DNA of 64,000 nt, taken from the NCBI GenBank assembly GCA_902615145.1, contig CACMNK010000002.1, positions 20,838-84,837 on the forward strand, read 5' to 3'. Under the pieces are notes generated by a model, which saw only the letters and a list, made by a program, of their open reading frames with translations, was not told the origin of the DNA and searched no databases. Positions 1-9,221 of this stretch are shown in pieces. This DNA comes from an uncultured Pelagibacteraceae bacterium. Lineage in GTDB: Bacteria; Pseudomonadota; Alphaproteobacteria; Pelagibacterales; Pelagibacteraceae. Each line of letters opens with the position of its first letter. Positions within the stretch are counted from its first letter, which is position 1. Position numbers and translations under genes: made by a program.

Positions 1-254
1 GCAGCTGCTTGACCTATATCAATTTTTGCACCTGCACCTAAACCTTTAGTTAAATTTAAGCCGATTTGAATTTTTGATTTTGCTTTGCTGTGCTTTAAAT
101 CCTGCGCATCAGTATTTACTGCAATAAACTCAACTCCTTGCATTCCATTATCAATCATCTCATTAATTGCATTTCCACCTGCTCCACCAATTCCCATTAC
201 TAAAAGTCTTGGCTGTAATTCTTTAATTTCTGGTACCTTAAAATTAATTGTCAT
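1..254 (-). CDS. ftsZ: Cell division protein FtsZ (5' part; runs off window)
   Basis: Manual translation from ATG at 254: [53 protein letters not shown]...TKGLGAGA; GGGGG RBS at 261-265. Not in the ORF track because it is truncated. Confidence 0.97.
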   Translation of the reverse strand, partial: MTINFKVPEIKELQPRLLVMGIGGAGGNAINEMIDNGMQGVEFIAVNTDAQDLKHSKAKSKIQIGLNLTKGLGAGAKIDIGQAA

Positions 255-266
255 TTCTATCCCCCG

Positions 267-722
267 TTATTTGTTAAGTTGACTCTCCCATTTAAGACTA
301 GCTCTATGTAAATTTGCTTTTTTTCTAGCGTTAGTTTTAAATTTTTCAAATGCCATTGGTTCCCAAATTTGGAATGTTTTACCTTGACCAACAAAAATCA
401 TACTGTTTTTTATTTTTGCATGTTTTAGTAATTTTGAGGTTAGTGAAATCCTACCCTCACTATCAAATTGTAAATTTGTACTCTCAGATAAAATTGATGT
501 TGCAAAAAAATCTCTTTTTTCCTCAAATGGGTTTAAATTATCTATTGTATTAGAAATTTTTTCTATTCTGTCTTGAGGCCATGCCTCTATAGATTGATTA
601 TTAAAAGAAGGATAACAAATTATACCGTTATAACCAAGATTTGATAAATACGACCTAAAATTTGCAGGCACGGACACCCTTCCTTTTTTGTCTAGTTTGT
701 TTTCGTACGTCGATAAAAACAT
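267..722 (-). CDS. mraZ: Division/cell-wall cluster transcriptional repressor MraZ
   Basis: MFLSTYENKLDKKGRVSVPA and FDSEGRI: two DxxGR SpoVT/AbrB repeats; 151 aa. Confidence 0.95.
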   Translation of the reverse strand: MFLSTYENKLDKKGRVSVPANFRSYLSNLGYNGIICYPSFNNQSIEAWPQDRIEKISNTIDNLNPFEEKRDFFATSILSESTNLQFDSEGRISLTSKLLKHAKIKNSMIFVGQGKTFQIWEPMAFEKFKTNARKKANLHRASLKWESQLNK

Positions 723-752
723 AAGCCATAAAATTCTTTGTTCCCTTTATTT

Positions 753-777
753 TGGGATTTTATGGGATATTATGGGT
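753..777. promoter_or_regulatory. Probable MraZ operator: three TGGGW direct repeats at 10-bp period
   Basis: TGGGA at 753, TGGGA at 763, TGGGT at 773, ~30 bp upstream of mraZ; matches the known TGGGN-N5 MraZ box architecture. Confidence 0.75.
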
Positions 778-883
778 TTTTAGTGAAGGAGTCAACACTT
801 AGGTTAACGTAGAATAAATGTAAAAAATTTGATCAAAAATGAATCAAAACGTGAACATTTATATTGAATTTAATTATTTTAGA

Positions 884-1242
884 TAAGCCAGATAAACTGT
901 AAGCCGGGTTCTGTCATTTAAATTTATCATTTATCTAGACTCAAGATCACTCTTAAGCTCAAGCAACTAACCCTGATGACTAGCCAAGAATTGCTTTTAG
1001 TTTTTCAACATTGTCATCTCTACTTAGTTTTGCTCCCAGTGGGGTTTTCCAGCGTTCATTGTTACCAATAGAACCGGTGCGCTCTTACCACACCTTTTCA
1101 CCCTTGCCATGTTATGGCGGTTTGTTTTCTGTGGCACTATCCCTAGGGTTGCCCCTGCCAGGAATTACCTGGCACTGTATTCTTGTAGAGTCCGGACTTT
1201 CCTCTTTAAAAAATTAAAGCGATAAATCGTTCATCTGGCTTC
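884..1242 (-). ncRNA. rnpB: RNase P RNA (class A)
   Basis: Minus strand has GAGGAAAGTCCGGACTC near the 5' end and GACAGAACCCGGCTTAC near the 3' end; termini pair (AAGCCAGAT/ATCTGGCTT); GC-rich island. Ends approximate. Confidence 0.96.
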
Positions 1243-1283
1243 AATAATTTATAATTTAATCAAAAAATTTCAAGTTTAATTTT

Positions 1284-2012
1284 TTAATGAGAGACAAGGT
1301 TTTTGCTTATTATTAAACACTCTTGGTCTATTTTACCGTCAACTAAATCTTGTCTAAATCTCCTTTGGAAAGCCTTTGTAAGATATTCTGTATTTTTATC
1401 CGATTTTAAACCGTCTATCTTTTTATATCCAATCTTACAAAGATTTTTAAGAAAAATTTTTTCCTCAAATTTAGATAAAAGCTCAGCCTTTCTAAATTTT
1501 TCAATTTTATTTGAGTCTAAATTATGAAACCAAACCAATCCATTCTTAGCCAGCTTTTCCCATGGGAATTTTTCACCTGGATCTTTTTTTCGATCGGGAG
1601 ATATATCCGAATGACCAAGAATAGAATTTTTTTTAATTTTAAATTTTTTAATCAAATATTTTAATAGTTTTTCTAGAGAATAAATTTGTTTTTTTGAAAA
1701 ATTTTTATAACCATATTGGTGACCTGGATTAGTAATTTCGATACCAATTGAGTTTTTATTTAAATATTTGTGATTTTTCCATTTTGATAAACCGGCATGC
1801 CAAGCTTCATAAAGATCAGGGACTAGAATTAATATTTCACCATTTTTTTTTATTAAATAATGTGAACTAACTTTAGAACTAGGACTCTGTAGTCTCTTGA
1901 TCGAATCTATTTCTTTTTTCATACCTGTGTAATGAATGATTATAAATTTAATTCTTTTTTTTGGCCTTTTTGGTAAGCTAAAATTTGGTGAATAATCGTA
2001 GATTTTATTCAT
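1284..2012 (-). CDS. N-acetylmuramoyl-L-alanine amidase (AmiD/AmpD family)
   Basis: IIHYT, SSHY, AWHAG, SIGIE, GHSDISPDRKKDPG motifs; C-terminal peptidoglycan-binding AFQRRF. Confidence 0.93.
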   Translation of the reverse strand: MNKIYDYSPNFSLPKRPKKRIKFIIIHYTGMKKEIDSIKRLQSPSSKVSSHYLIKKNGEILILVPDLYEAWHAGLSKWKNHKYLNKNSIGIEITNPGHQYGYKNFSKKQIYSLEKLLKYLIKKFKIKKNSILGHSDISPDRKKDPGEKFPWEKLAKNGLVWFHNLDSNKIEKFRKAELLSKFEEKIFLKNLCKIGYKKIDGLKSDKNTEYLTKAFQRRFRQDLVDGKIDQECLIISKNLVSH

Positions 2013-2117
2013 TATTAATATTAATACAATTTTAGGCCATTTATAAACATTTTATGGACATTTTTAATTATTAAATGTTAATTTACATAATTAATATTAA
2101 TATATAAAGTAGAGCTT

Positions 2118-2912
2118 ATGTTAAAAAAATTACCGATAATTTTAATTTCAATTTTTTTATTAACATTGAATGCAAATGCTGGTTCTGATGGTGAATTAAA
2201 GTTAGAAAAAGAACCAAAACAAGTTAAAGATTGTTTCAAAAATTTAAATAAAGCAACTTTTGCATTTAATCAAGGTCTGGACAAAGCAATTATAAAACCT
2301 CTTGCCGAAAGTTACAGAAAATTACCAGATCCTGTCCAAAAAGGTACTCATAACTTTGTTACAAATTTATCAAGTTTAGTTACAATTCCGAATAATGTTT
2401 TGCAGGGCGATATCAAATTAGCAATAATTAATACGGCAAGGCTTGTGGTAAACTCAACTGTTGGAATATTAGGTACTATTGACGTAGCAAATAAAATTGG
2501 TTTTCCAAAATATGAAAGGGAGGATTATGGTCAAACTTTAGGTGCTTGGGGTGTCGGCCCAGGCTGTTACGTGGTTTTACCAGTTTTGGGACCTTCGACT
2601 TTAAGAGATACAACAGGTTCTTTCATGAATGTGTTAGGAGGTGATCCTTACTATAACGCTTCAATGCACGGAAATAATGAATATTTAAATGAGAGTTTTT
2701 ATATGGCAACCAAAGCTGTTGAGGGTATCGATTTTAGATCAAATAATATCGAGTCATTTGACAATCTAGAAATAAATTCTATTGACTTTTATGCGTCAGT
2801 AAAAAGTTTATATTTACAAGACAGAGAAAACAAAATTAGCAATGTTCGAAAAGGAAATATCGAGATTTTTTACAAAAATGAGGAAGATTGGGAAGAAATA
2901 GATAATAATTAA
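2118..2912 (+). CDS. mlaA: MlaA/VacJ family outer-membrane lipid asymmetry protein
   Basis: NSTVGILG, EDYGQTLGAWGVGPGCYVVLPVLGPSTLRD. Confidence 0.92.
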   Translation: MLKKLPIILISIFLLTLNANAGSDGELKLEKEPKQVKDCFKNLNKATFAFNQGLDKAIIKPLAESYRKLPDPVQKGTHNFVTNLSSLVTIPNNVLQGDIKLAIINTARLVVNSTVGILGTIDVANKIGFPKYEREDYGQTLGAWGVGPGCYVVLPVLGPSTLRDTTGSFMNVLGGDPYYNASMHGNNEYLNESFYMATKAVEGIDFRSNNIESFDNLEINSIDFYASVKSLYLQDRENKISNVRKGNIEIFYKNEEDWEEIDNN

Positions 2913-2934
2913 GATTTTAATTAAATAAAAAGAT

Positions 2935-3519
2935 ATGAAAAAAATTTTTTTAATATTATTATTTTTAAATTTTAACATTATTAATGTTTTTTCTGTTGAG
3001 CCTGATGTGTTTGTTCAATCTACAGTTAATAGAGCCTCAGAAATATTAGCTAAAAATATCTCACAAGAAGAAAAAATAAATAAGTTGAAAGTGATAGCAA
3101 AGGAAACTGTTGATATTCAGGGTGTGGGTTTTTATTCTCTAGGGTCAGCTAGAAAAAATTTGAGTGAGAAGGAAAAAATTCAATATTTACAATTATTTGA
3201 GGATTATTTTTTAAAAAGTTTTTCTAGTAGATTATCAGAATATACAAATCCAGAAATTGACGTTATATCAAAAAACGTATTAAGTGAAAATTATACTATT
3301 GTAAATAGTGTTTTAAAAGGAACCTCTGAAAGACCTGAGATAAAAATTGACTGGAGAATTTATACAAAAAATCAGGGTAACCCTCTTATAAGGGACCTAA
3401 TTATAGAAGGTTTAAGTTTAGCAAGAACTCAAAAAGAGGAATTTGCATCAATACTAAACTCTAATAATGGAGATATTAATTCTCTTTTCAAAACCTTGGA
3501 AGAATTTTCTTCAAAATAA
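2935..3519 (+). CDS. mlaC: MlaC/Ttg2D phospholipid-binding periplasmic protein
   Basis: Signal peptide; IDWRI...IRDLIIEGLSLARTQKEEF; follows mlaA. Confidence 0.88.
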   Translation: MKKIFLILLFLNFNIINVFSVEPDVFVQSTVNRASEILAKNISQEEKINKLKVIAKETVDIQGVGFYSLGSARKNLSEKEKIQYLQLFEDYFLKSFSSRLSEYTNPEIDVISKNVLSENYTIVNSVLKGTSERPEIKIDWRIYTKNQGNPLIRDLIIEGLSLARTQKEEFASILNSNNGDINSLFKTLEEFSSK

Positions 3520-3532
3520 TTTTTTTATAGAA

Positions 3533-3609
3533 TGGTGGGCCCGCCAGGACTCGAACCTGGGACCAATACATTATGAGTGTACTGCTCTAACCAACTGAGC
3601 TACAGGCCC
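3533..3609 (-). tRNA. tRNA with CAT anticodon (probably tRNA-Ile2, lysidine type)
   Basis: GGGCCTGTAGCTCAGTTGGTTAGAGCAGTACACTCATAATGTATTGGTCCCAGGTTCGAGTCCTGGCGGGCCCACCA; full cloverleaf with encoded CCA; Ile-like acceptor stem. Confidence 0.93.
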
Positions 3610-3683
3610 TTTTATAGGGATAACCTATTACAATAAATTGATATATTAAACAAGAATAGATCTTTTGCTATTAAAATTTTAAA

Positions 3684-3758
3684 TGGTGGGCCGTGTTGGT
3701 TACGCTCCAACTACCCCTGCAATGTCAATGCAGTACTCTACTATTGAGCTAACGGCCC
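3684..3758 (-). tRNA. tRNA-Val(GAC) with non-canonical D and T loops
   Basis: GGGCCGTTAGCTCAATAGTAGAGTACTGCATTGACATTGCAGGGGTAGTTGGAGCGTAACCAACACGGCCCACCA; stems pair, anticodon GAC, CCA end. Confidence 0.88.
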
Positions 3759-3769
3759 AAATGAAAACC

Positions 3770-5593
3770 TTAACTTTCTAAGAAACTTTTCAATTGTTTT
3801 GATCTACTTGGATGTTTTAGTTTTCTTAGAGCTTTTGCCTCAATTTGTCTTATACGTTCACGAGTAACTGAGAATTGTAGACCCACTTCCTCTAAAGTGT
3901 GATCTGTATTCATTCCAACTCCAAATCTCATTCTTAAAACTCTTTCTTCTCTTGGTGTAAGAGTTGATAATATTTTTGTTGTAGCCTCTCCTAAATTAGA
4001 TTTAATTGCTTGTTCAAGAGGCGCTAAGGCTTTCGTATCTTCTATAAAATCTCCTAAACTGCTATCTTCCTCATCACCCACAGGTTTTTCTAATGAAACT
4101 GGTTCTTTCGAAATCTTTAAAACTTTTCTAACTTTATCTAAAGGCATTCTCAATTTTTTTGCTAATTCCTCTGGAGTTGCTTCTCTTCCAAATTCACTAA
4201 GTATTAATCTTTGAGTTCTTACAATTTTATTTATAGTCTCAATCATGTGAACTGGAATTCTGATTGTTCTTGCTTGATCAGCAATTGATCTTGTTATTGC
4301 TTGACGAATCCACCAGGTAGCATAAGTAGAAAATTTATAACCTCTTCTGTACTCAAATTTATCGACTGCTTTCATTAAACCTATATTTCCCTCTTGAATT
4401 AAGTCCAAAAATTGTAAACCTCTGTTTGTGTATTTCTTGGCAATCGAGATAACTAGTCTCAAATTTGCTTCGACCATTTCTTTTTTCGCAATTCTAGACT
4501 CTTTCTCTCCTTTTTGTACTCTGCTGACTAATTTTTTAAAGTCAGTTACCGACATTCCTAATTTATTACTTATTTCAACTAATCTATCTCTGATATTTTT
4601 AAATTCATTTTTATTTTTTGAGAAAAATTGTTTCCATAAAGAATTTGTATCTAAAAACTTTTTTAAGTTAGGGTTAATTTCATTACCTATATAAAACTTT
4701 ATAAATTCATTTCGAGAAATCTTATGATCTATCGCTAATCTAAGTAAATTTCCCTCTAAAGAAACAATCTTTTTATTCTCTATATAGTGTTTTTGAACTA
4801 ACTCTTCTAAAACAGAGGGAGACAATTGAAGAGATTTAATATTTTCCAGGATATCATTTACAATTTTATCATGACCTTTTTCTTTTGCAGGTGAAAATGT
4901 CTTAGAATTTAGTACACAATCTAATTTTTCTTTTTGGTACTTAATTAGCTTATTATACTCTTTAGTTAATAAATTAACTGTTTTTAATACTTTAGGTTTT
5001 ATCTCACTTTCCATTGCAGCGAGCGTTGGATTAAAATCTTCATCTTCCTCACTAGCACCTTCCTCTTTCTCTAATTCTCCAGAATTTTTTTGCTTTGCAC
5101 TAGGACCTGTTGTTTCATCTTCCATATAGTTGGTATCAATATCAATAATCTCTCTTACTAAAATTTCATCTTTCTGAAGTTTTTCATTCCATTCAAAAAA
5201 TTGTTGGGCTGTTATAGGACTTTGTGACAACGCTATTAACATTACATCTTTTCCAGCTTCAATTCTTTTAGCGATAGCTATTTCACCTTCTCTAGACAAT
5301 AACTCAACGCCACCCATTTCTCTAAGATACATTCTAATAGGATCATCGCTTTTCTCGATAGTTTTACCTTCTTCTTTAGAAGAACTGTCTTTTTTTCTTA
5401 AAACTTTAAAATCTGATTTTTTTTCTACTAGAGTTACTTTTTCATCAAGAATATGTATGAATGCTTGAGCAAGATTTTCATCAGACAAATTCCTCTTTCC
5501 AAGAGATTTGCTTAATTCTTCATAAGTAATGAAACCTCTATGGGTTCCACGACCCATTAGTCTTGCAAACGATTTTGTAATAATTCTTTCCAC
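3770..5593 (-). CDS. rpoD: RNA polymerase primary sigma factor RpoD
   Basis: [62 protein letters not shown], region 4 HTH. Confidence 0.99.
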   Translation of the reverse strand: MERIITKSFARLMGRGTHRGFITYEELSKSLGKRNLSDENLAQAFIHILDEKVTLVEKKSDFKVLRKKDSSSKEEGKTIEKSDDPIRMYLREMGGVELLSREGEIAIAKRIEAGKDVMLIALSQSPITAQQFFEWNEKLQKDEILVREIIDIDTNYMEDETTGPSAKQKNSGELEKEEGASEEDEDFNPTLAAMESEIKPKVLKTVNLLTKEYNKLIKYQKEKLDCVLNSKTFSPAKEKGHDKIVNDILENIKSLQLSPSVLEELVQKHYIENKKIVSLEGNLLRLAIDHKISRNEFIKFYIGNEINPNLKKFLDTNSLWKQFFSKNKNEFKNIRDRLVEISNKLGMSVTDFKKLVSRVQKGEKESRIAKKEMVEANLRLVISIAKKYTNRGLQFLDLIQEGNIGLMKAVDKFEYRRGYKFSTYATWWIRQAITRSIADQARTIRIPVHMIETINKIVRTQRLILSEFGREATPEELAKKLRMPLDKVRKVLKISKEPVSLEKPVGDEEDSSLGDFIEDTKALAPLEQAIKSNLGEATTKILSTLTPREERVLRMRFGVGMNTDHTLEEVGLQFSVTRERIRQIEAKALRKLKHPSRSKQLKSFLES

Positions 5594-5659
5594 AGCAATA
5601 AATTTGAAGAGTCTTATATAATGTTAAATTTATAAAAATCCATTAATAAATGATGTGAA

Positions 5660-7435
5660 TTAATTGAGATTTTGCTTTTTTTTGAGCTCTTTTAGCTCAT
5701 TAAATGTTGTCTCACTTAGATCTTTAGAAAACTTCGATTCTAACTCCTGAATTCTAAGTTCGAGATTATAGCTATTCAAATCTCTATTAATGTCATCTAA
5801 TAGTCCAATTATCTCATGTTCATTTTTATTTTTTTTACCTAAGATGTATTTAATTGGAGCAAACTTATCAATTTTTTCAATTAATTGTTTATCGATTTCC
5901 AAATCTTTAAGAGTGAGTTTTTCACTAAGTTTAAGTTTAGATAAAATTTTTGAAAAAATTTGCTTATTTACTTCAGTAAATAAATTCACGTTCTCAATTA
6001 AATGAAAATTTTCTCTCATTAATTCTAAATTGTTCATTAAAAGATAAAGTAATGAAAATTCTTTAAGCTCTATTGCTGATAAAGATTTACTTTCATTAAA
6101 GTATTTTTTTGTTGTTTCAAGAGATTTAACTTTTCTTATGTAATTGAATTTTTTACTTAAATTAGTATGTGGTGTTAGCTCTGAAATTTTTTCCAAAAAA
6201 TACTCTAAAACATATCTTTTAATATATTCATCCTTAATAGTGTTTACTATAGACCTAAGCTTTTTATCAAAAATTGCCATAGATGATGGATTATTTTGAG
6301 TTTGTTTTTTGTAGTGTGCAAAAATAAACTGGTGTATCGAAATTTTACTGTTTTTTGCAAAATCTAAAAAATAATCTTTACCATTTTTGTTAACAAAGCT
6401 ATCAGGATCCTCTTTGTCAGGTAAAAATAGAAATGAAATTTGTTTTTCTGGTTTTAAATAAATAATAGAATTTTCTGCTGCTCTTAAAGCTGCTTTATAA
6501 CCACTCTCATCCCCATCAAAACAAATAATGATATCATCGAAAAATTGATTTAATGTTAAGATTTGTCTATCAGTAAGTGACGTTCCCAAGTTAGCAACTA
6601 CATTTTCAATACCATTTTTTGCCAATCCAACCACATCCATATAACCTTCAACAAGAAAAATATGATCTAACTTATTAGATAATTTTCTAGCCTGATCTAA
6701 ATTATATAAATTTGAACCTTTTTTAAAAAAGGGAGTTTCAGGAGAATTAATATATTTAGCAAGGTAATCACTTTTTTCAATTATTCTTCCGCCAAGTGCA
6801 ATTGGTTGGCCAGAAATATTATTAATAGGAAAAACTAAACGTCCTTTAAATCTCTCTACATAAATTTTTTTTTTTTCATCAAAATAAAATAACCCAGTAC
6901 TTATTAAAACTTCTTCACTGAAATCATTTTTTAATTTTTCAAAAAAATTTGGATTTTTTTTTATATATCCTATTTTAAATTTTTTAACTTGATCTTTGTT
7001 AATATTTCTTTCTTTTAAATAATTTCTTGCGTTATCATGAGTTTCATTTTTAATTAATTCATCATGGTAAAATTCAACATATTGACTATAAATCAAACAA
7101 TACTCTTTCCATTTTTTTTCTCTTTCTTCATCTTGTTTTGTAAACGTATAAGGTTGCATACCAGCCAAATTTGCAAGATACTTTACAGCTTCGCCAAATC
7201 TAAGATTTTGTGTTTTCATTACAAAATCAAAAATGTTGCCATGTTCAGATGTAGCAAAACAATGGTAAAATTCTTTTTCATCGTTAACTGTGAAAGATGG
7301 TGTTTTCTCATTTTTAAAAGGTGAAAGACCTACGAATTCTTTTCCTCTTTTTTTTAGACTTACAAATTTAGATACAACTGTAGAAACCTTTAATCTAGTT
7401 TTGATTTCATCAAGATATTCTTTTGGATATTTCAT
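5660..7435 (-). CDS. dnaG: DNA primase
   Basis: PFKNEKTPSF zinc-finger-like region, KYINSPET, VEGYMDV, CFDGDESG Toprim motifs. Confidence 0.98.
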   Translation of the reverse strand: MKYPKEYLDEIKTRLKVSTVVSKFVSLKKRGKEFVGLSPFKNEKTPSFTVNDEKEFYHCFATSEHGNIFDFVMKTQNLRFGEAVKYLANLAGMQPYTFTKQDEEREKKWKEYCLIYSQYVEFYHDELIKNETHDNARNYLKERNINKDQVKKFKIGYIKKNPNFFEKLKNDFSEEVLISTGLFYFDEKKKIYVERFKGRLVFPINNISGQPIALGGRIIEKSDYLAKYINSPETPFFKKGSNLYNLDQARKLSNKLDHIFLVEGYMDVVGLAKNGIENVVANLGTSLTDRQILTLNQFFDDIIICFDGDESGYKAALRAAENSIIYLKPEKQISFLFLPDKEDPDSFVNKNGKDYFLDFAKNSKISIHQFIFAHYKKQTQNNPSSMAIFDKKLRSIVNTIKDEYIKRYVLEYFLEKISELTPHTNLSKKFNYIRKVKSLETTKKYFNESKSLSAIELKEFSLLYLLMNNLELMRENFHLIENVNLFTEVNKQIFSKILSKLKLSEKLTLKDLEIDKQLIEKIDKFAPIKYILGKKNKNEHEIIGLLDDINRDLNSYNLELRIQELESKFSKDLSETTFNELKELKKKQNLN

Positions 7436-7437
7436 TA

Positions 7438-7899
7438 TTATTTATTTAAGAGTCCTTTGATAAGAGATCCCGCTTTAGCGAAATCAATTTTATCAGAATG
7501 TTCTTTTTTTAGTTCACCCATAACTTTACCCATATCCTTGAGTGAAGAAGCGCCTAATTTTGTTATAATTTCCTCACATATTTTTTTTGTTTCTTCATCA
7601 CCTAAAACCTTCGGTAAAAAACTTGATATAATGTCATATTCATTTTGCTCAACTTCAAGTAAATCAGTTCGATTATTTTTTTTGTAGATTTCAATTGATT
7701 CGGTTCTTTGCTTAACCATTTTTTTAAATAATTTTTTAATATCCTCATCGTCTGTCTCTTTCTTCTTGGGACCCGATCTATTTTGAATATCTAAATCTTT
7801 GATGGATGATAAAATTAACCTATAAGTTGATATTTTTGTTTTATCTTTAGATTTTAGTGCGTTTTTATATTCAGTTTCAATTGTTTCTTTTAAAGACAT
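7438..7899 (-). CDS. GatB/YqeY domain protein
   Basis: KQRTESIEIY, KDMGKVMG; usual carA-yqeY-dnaG context. Confidence 0.92.
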   Translation of the reverse strand: MSLKETIETEYKNALKSKDKTKISTYRLILSSIKDLDIQNRSGPKKKETDDEDIKKLFKKMVKQRTESIEIYKKNNRTDLLEVEQNEYDIISSFLPKVLGDEETKKICEEIITKLGASSLKDMGKVMGELKKEHSDKIDFAKAGSLIKGLLNK

Positions 7900-8024
7900 A
7901 ATTTTTAATCTACTTTAAAGCAAAAAATTCTCAAAAGAAAAATTGTTTTTTTTCAATTTTATAATACATCTCTGTTGCGATAATAATCCAATTATTGTAT
8001 TAACCTTTAACTTATGAGTTGTAA

Positions 8025-9221
8025 TTGATCAAAAAAGCAAAAAAAACTAACTCAAAAAAAATCTCAAATAAACAAACAGGTATTTTAGTTCTTGAAAATA
8101 GAAAAATTTTTAAAGGCATTGGTATTGGCTACCAAGGAACTGCCACTGGAGAAGTTTGCTTCAACACTTCTCTCACAGGTTATCAAGAAATAATTTCTGA
8201 TCCATCTTATGCTGGACAAATAATCAATTTTACCTTTCCTCATATTGGTAATGTGGGTACCAATAATGAAGATCATGAGTCTGATAAAATTTGGACAAAA
8301 GGTGTTATATTTAATTCGGAAATAACATCACCCTCAAATTATAGATCTTTTTTGCACCTAGATGCTTGGCTCAAAAAAAACAAAATAGTTGGAATCACTG
8401 GATTAGATACAAGAAATTTAACTAATTTTATTAGAGATAAAGGGGCACCTAAAGGCACAATATCAGTCTCAAAAACCGGAAAATTTAATATAAATAAGAT
8501 TATCAATTTAACTACGAAATGGAGTGGATTAAAAAATTTAGATCTTGCCAAAGAAGTTACGACAAAAAAAAATTATCTTTGGAAAGGTTTTAAAACTTGG
8601 AAAAAGCAAACTGGATATCAAAAAAATAAACAAAAATCTTTTCATGTCGTTGCTATAGACTATGGAATCAAAAAGAATATTTTAAGATATTTTTCTGACT
8701 TTAAATGTAAAGTTACAGTGGTTCCATGTAACACTAGTTATGAAAAAATTTCATCACTAAAACCTGATGGAATATTTCTATCAAATGGTCCTGGTGATCC
8801 TGCTGCAACAGGTAAATATGCTATTGGAATAATAAAAAATCTTATTAAAAAAGATTTTCCAATATTTGGAATTTGTCTTGGTCACCAATTACTTGGCTTA
8901 GCCTTAGGAGCAAAAACTAAAAAAATGAAACTTGGACATCGTGGAGCCAATCATCCAGTAAAAAACTTTATTAATGACGGTGTTGAAATCACCAGTCAAA
9001 ACCACGGTTTTGAAATTGTTAAAGAAGGTCTGCCAAGAAATCTAGAAATTACTCATAAGTCTTTATTTGATGGAGGTATAGAGGGAATTCGATTGAAAAA
9101 TAAGCCTGTGTTTTCTGTACAATATCATCCAGAATCAAATCCAGGACCGCAGGATAGTGTTTACCTTTTTCAAGAATTTATAAACAACATAAAAAAAAAT
9201 GCCAAAAAGAAAAGATATTAA
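8025..9221 (+). CDS. carA: Carbamoyl-phosphate synthase small subunit
   Basis: [33 protein letters not shown]. Confidence 0.99.
   Translation: MIKKAKKTNSKKISNKQTGILVLENRKIFKGIGIGYQGTATGEVCFNTSLTGYQEIISDPSYAGQIINFTFPHIGNVGTNNEDHESDKIWTKGVIFNSEITSPSNYRSFLHLDAWLKKNKIVGITGLDTRNLTNFIRDKGAPKGTISVSKTGKFNINKIINLTTKWSGLKNLDLAKEVTTKKNYLWKGFKTWKKQTGYQKNKQKSFHVVAIDYGIKKNILRYFSDFKCKVTVVPCNTSYEKISSLKPDGIFLSNGPGDPAATGKYAIGIIKNLIKKDFPIFGICLGHQLLGLALGAKTKKMKLGHRGANHPVKNFINDGVEITSQNHGFEIVKEGLPRNLEITHKSLFDGGIEGIRLKNKPVFSVQYHPESNPGPQDSVYLFQEFINNIKKNAKKKRY

Noticed and set aside
842-856. AATC-N7-GAAC resembling an alphaproteobacterial LexA box upstream of mraZ
   Set aside because: Single imperfect match; no matching box seen before uvrB; could be chance
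1011-1217. 68-aa ORF on the + strand
   Set aside because: Antisense to the RNase P RNA; open only because of the higher GC content
3533-3758. tRNAs as the integration site of the pilus block
   Set aside because: They are ~9 kb from the block edge with core genes in between; no duplicated tRNA 3' end seen
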